IMG/VR virus record: IMGVR_UViG_3300032007_000002
Length of the DNA: 64,000 nucleotides
Direction: 5' to 3' (one strand)
Source: a virus
Taxonomy: Duplodnaviria; Heunggongvirae; Uroviricota; Caudoviricetes
The position numbers were made by a program, and so were the translations under genes. Every line of letters starts with the position of its first letter. Within the stretch, counting starts at the first letter, position 1. Below are positions 63,103-64,000 of this stretch, piece after piece. Below the pieces are notes generated by a model that was not told where the DNA came from, searched no databases, and was given only the letters and a program-made list of their open reading frames with translations.

Positions 63103-63531
63103 TTAGGGATCTGTCAACAGCGGGGGTTCCTTGTGGAACTGCTTTATCGTGATCGGGGAGAAGCGTTCCCCCAGTCTGAGGGCTGCGCACTCCGTACAGA
63201 AGGGGAGGCGCCATCCGCCCCTGGTTTCGAGTTCGGGGGTCTTTCCGCATGAGCAGCAGTGGTCCCAGGAGTCCCTCCACGCTGCGAGGGCGAGTTCGGA
63301 GATTTCCGGTCGGAGGTGATCGGGGACGTTTCGGAGGTCGGGAACGAGAAGAAGCCGTCCGAGGTATTCACGGACGGCTGCGATCTTGGTTTCCGGGGAG
63401 ATTTCCGCTGCCCTGGCGCAGAAGGAGTCGAACAGTTCCTTCCAGCCGTCGGGGACGTCGTCCCGGAACGATTTCCCGTCGGGGCGGGCGGCTATCTCGG
63501 GATACGGAGTTTTGTTCCGCATTTGGGGCAC
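63103..63531 (-). CDS. Hypothetical phage protein with C-terminal CxxC...CxxC
   Basis: GW..L, REYLGRL, CCSCG..GW..FCTEC. Confidence 0.6.
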   Translation of the reverse strand: MPQMRNKTPYPEIAARPDGKSFRDDVPDGWKELFDSFCARAAEISPETKIAAVREYLGRLLLVPDLRNVPDHLRPEISELALAAWRDSWDHCCSCGKTPELETRGGWRLPFCTECAALRLGERFSPITIKQFHKEPPLLTDP

Positions 63532-63701
63532 CGGAGGATGGTTTCCTTCAGTCGGGCGATTTCCTCGTCCTTGGCCTTCAGCTGTTCCTTGAGGGCCTGG
63601 ACCTGCTGCTCTTTGGCGATGTCGGCGATGGTCGGCTTCTTGGGGCCGCCGAAGATGCCGTTGCCGCCGAAGATGTCGTTGAAGTTGAACTGGTCTGGCA
63701 T
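63492..63701 (-). CDS. Small coiled-coil protein with CPKCG
   Basis: AGGA RBS, follows the upstream stop. Confidence 0.5.
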   Translation of the reverse strand: MPDQFNFNDIFGGNGIFGGPKKPTIADIAKEQQVQALKEQLKAKDEEIARLKETILRCPKCGTKLRIPR

Positions 63702-63702
63702 T

Positions 63703-63999
63703 TTACTTCTTCCTGATGATTGCGACGCCGAGGATGGGGCCGTACTTTTCGAAGACGCCGGGAAACTGGGCGCGGAGGCGGTCGTATTCGGACGGCTGCT
63801 GCTGACGGGATTTCCAGCTGCGGATGAACTCTTCGATGGCGGGGATGAAGTCGCCGCAGTCGATGGCGGCCTTGGCACGTTCGGTGTTGAGGTCGAGGCC
63901 GAACATGCGCTTGAAGTTGCCTGCGAAGTCGCGGGAGAGTTCTTCTTCGGCCTTCTTGGGATCGGGCTGGGCCTGTTCGGGCTGTGCCTGTTCCTTGTG
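63703..63999 (-). CDS. Hypothetical protein, 5'-truncated by window edge
   Basis: Frame open to the window end. Confidence 0.55.
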   Translation of the reverse strand, partial: HKEQAQPEQAQPDPKKAEEELSRDFAGNFKRMFGLDLNTERAKAAIDCGDFIPAIEEFIRSWKSRQQQPSEYDRLRAQFPGVFEKYGPILGVAIIRKK

Positions 64000-64000
64000 G

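Noticed and set aside
1-64000. Stop-codon reassignment
   Set aside because: Recognisable genes are full length under code 11, end in TAA, TAG and TGA, and no suppressor tRNA is seen

Overview
This window looks like a 64 kb segment of a large, GC-rich dsDNA bacteriophage genome with T4-like features, not a bacterial chromosome. Evidence: a T4 gp17-type terminase, dense short hypothetical genes, an endolysin, and nucleotide-metabolism genes (thyA, a DHFR fusion, dTMP kinase). It also carries an NAD-dependent DNA ligase, a sigma70-family factor, RNA repair/translation genes (RNA ligase, Thg1-like protein, RlaP-like nucleotidyltransferase, HD and Nudix hydrolases, an EF-Ts N-terminal-domain mini-protein), three tRNAs, a tmRNA and a stand-alone TnpB element. 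Two recurring motifs organise transcription. TTTGCTATATTT (23 exact copies counted by eye plus variants) is a probable early/host-RNAP promoter, often fused to a terminator and sometimes directly followed by a leaderless ATG. TATAAACT is a probable late promoter, found upstream of the endolysin, the terminase operon (one-mismatch variant) and tnpB. The most unusual content is non-coding: two large, highly structured RNAs that I cannot assign, interleaved with tRNA-Gln and tmRNA (20.8-21.9 kb), a third ~145 nt structured RNA (28.64-28.78 kb), and a tRNA mimic with a remodelled anticodon arm (42.9 kb). The TnpB has Gln at the RuvC-II glutamate position, and there is an iteron-like repeat region at 62.1-62.8 kb. 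All calls come from motif recognition and manual base-pairing; no searches or folding programs were run. The host (possibly Fibrobacter) is inference only.
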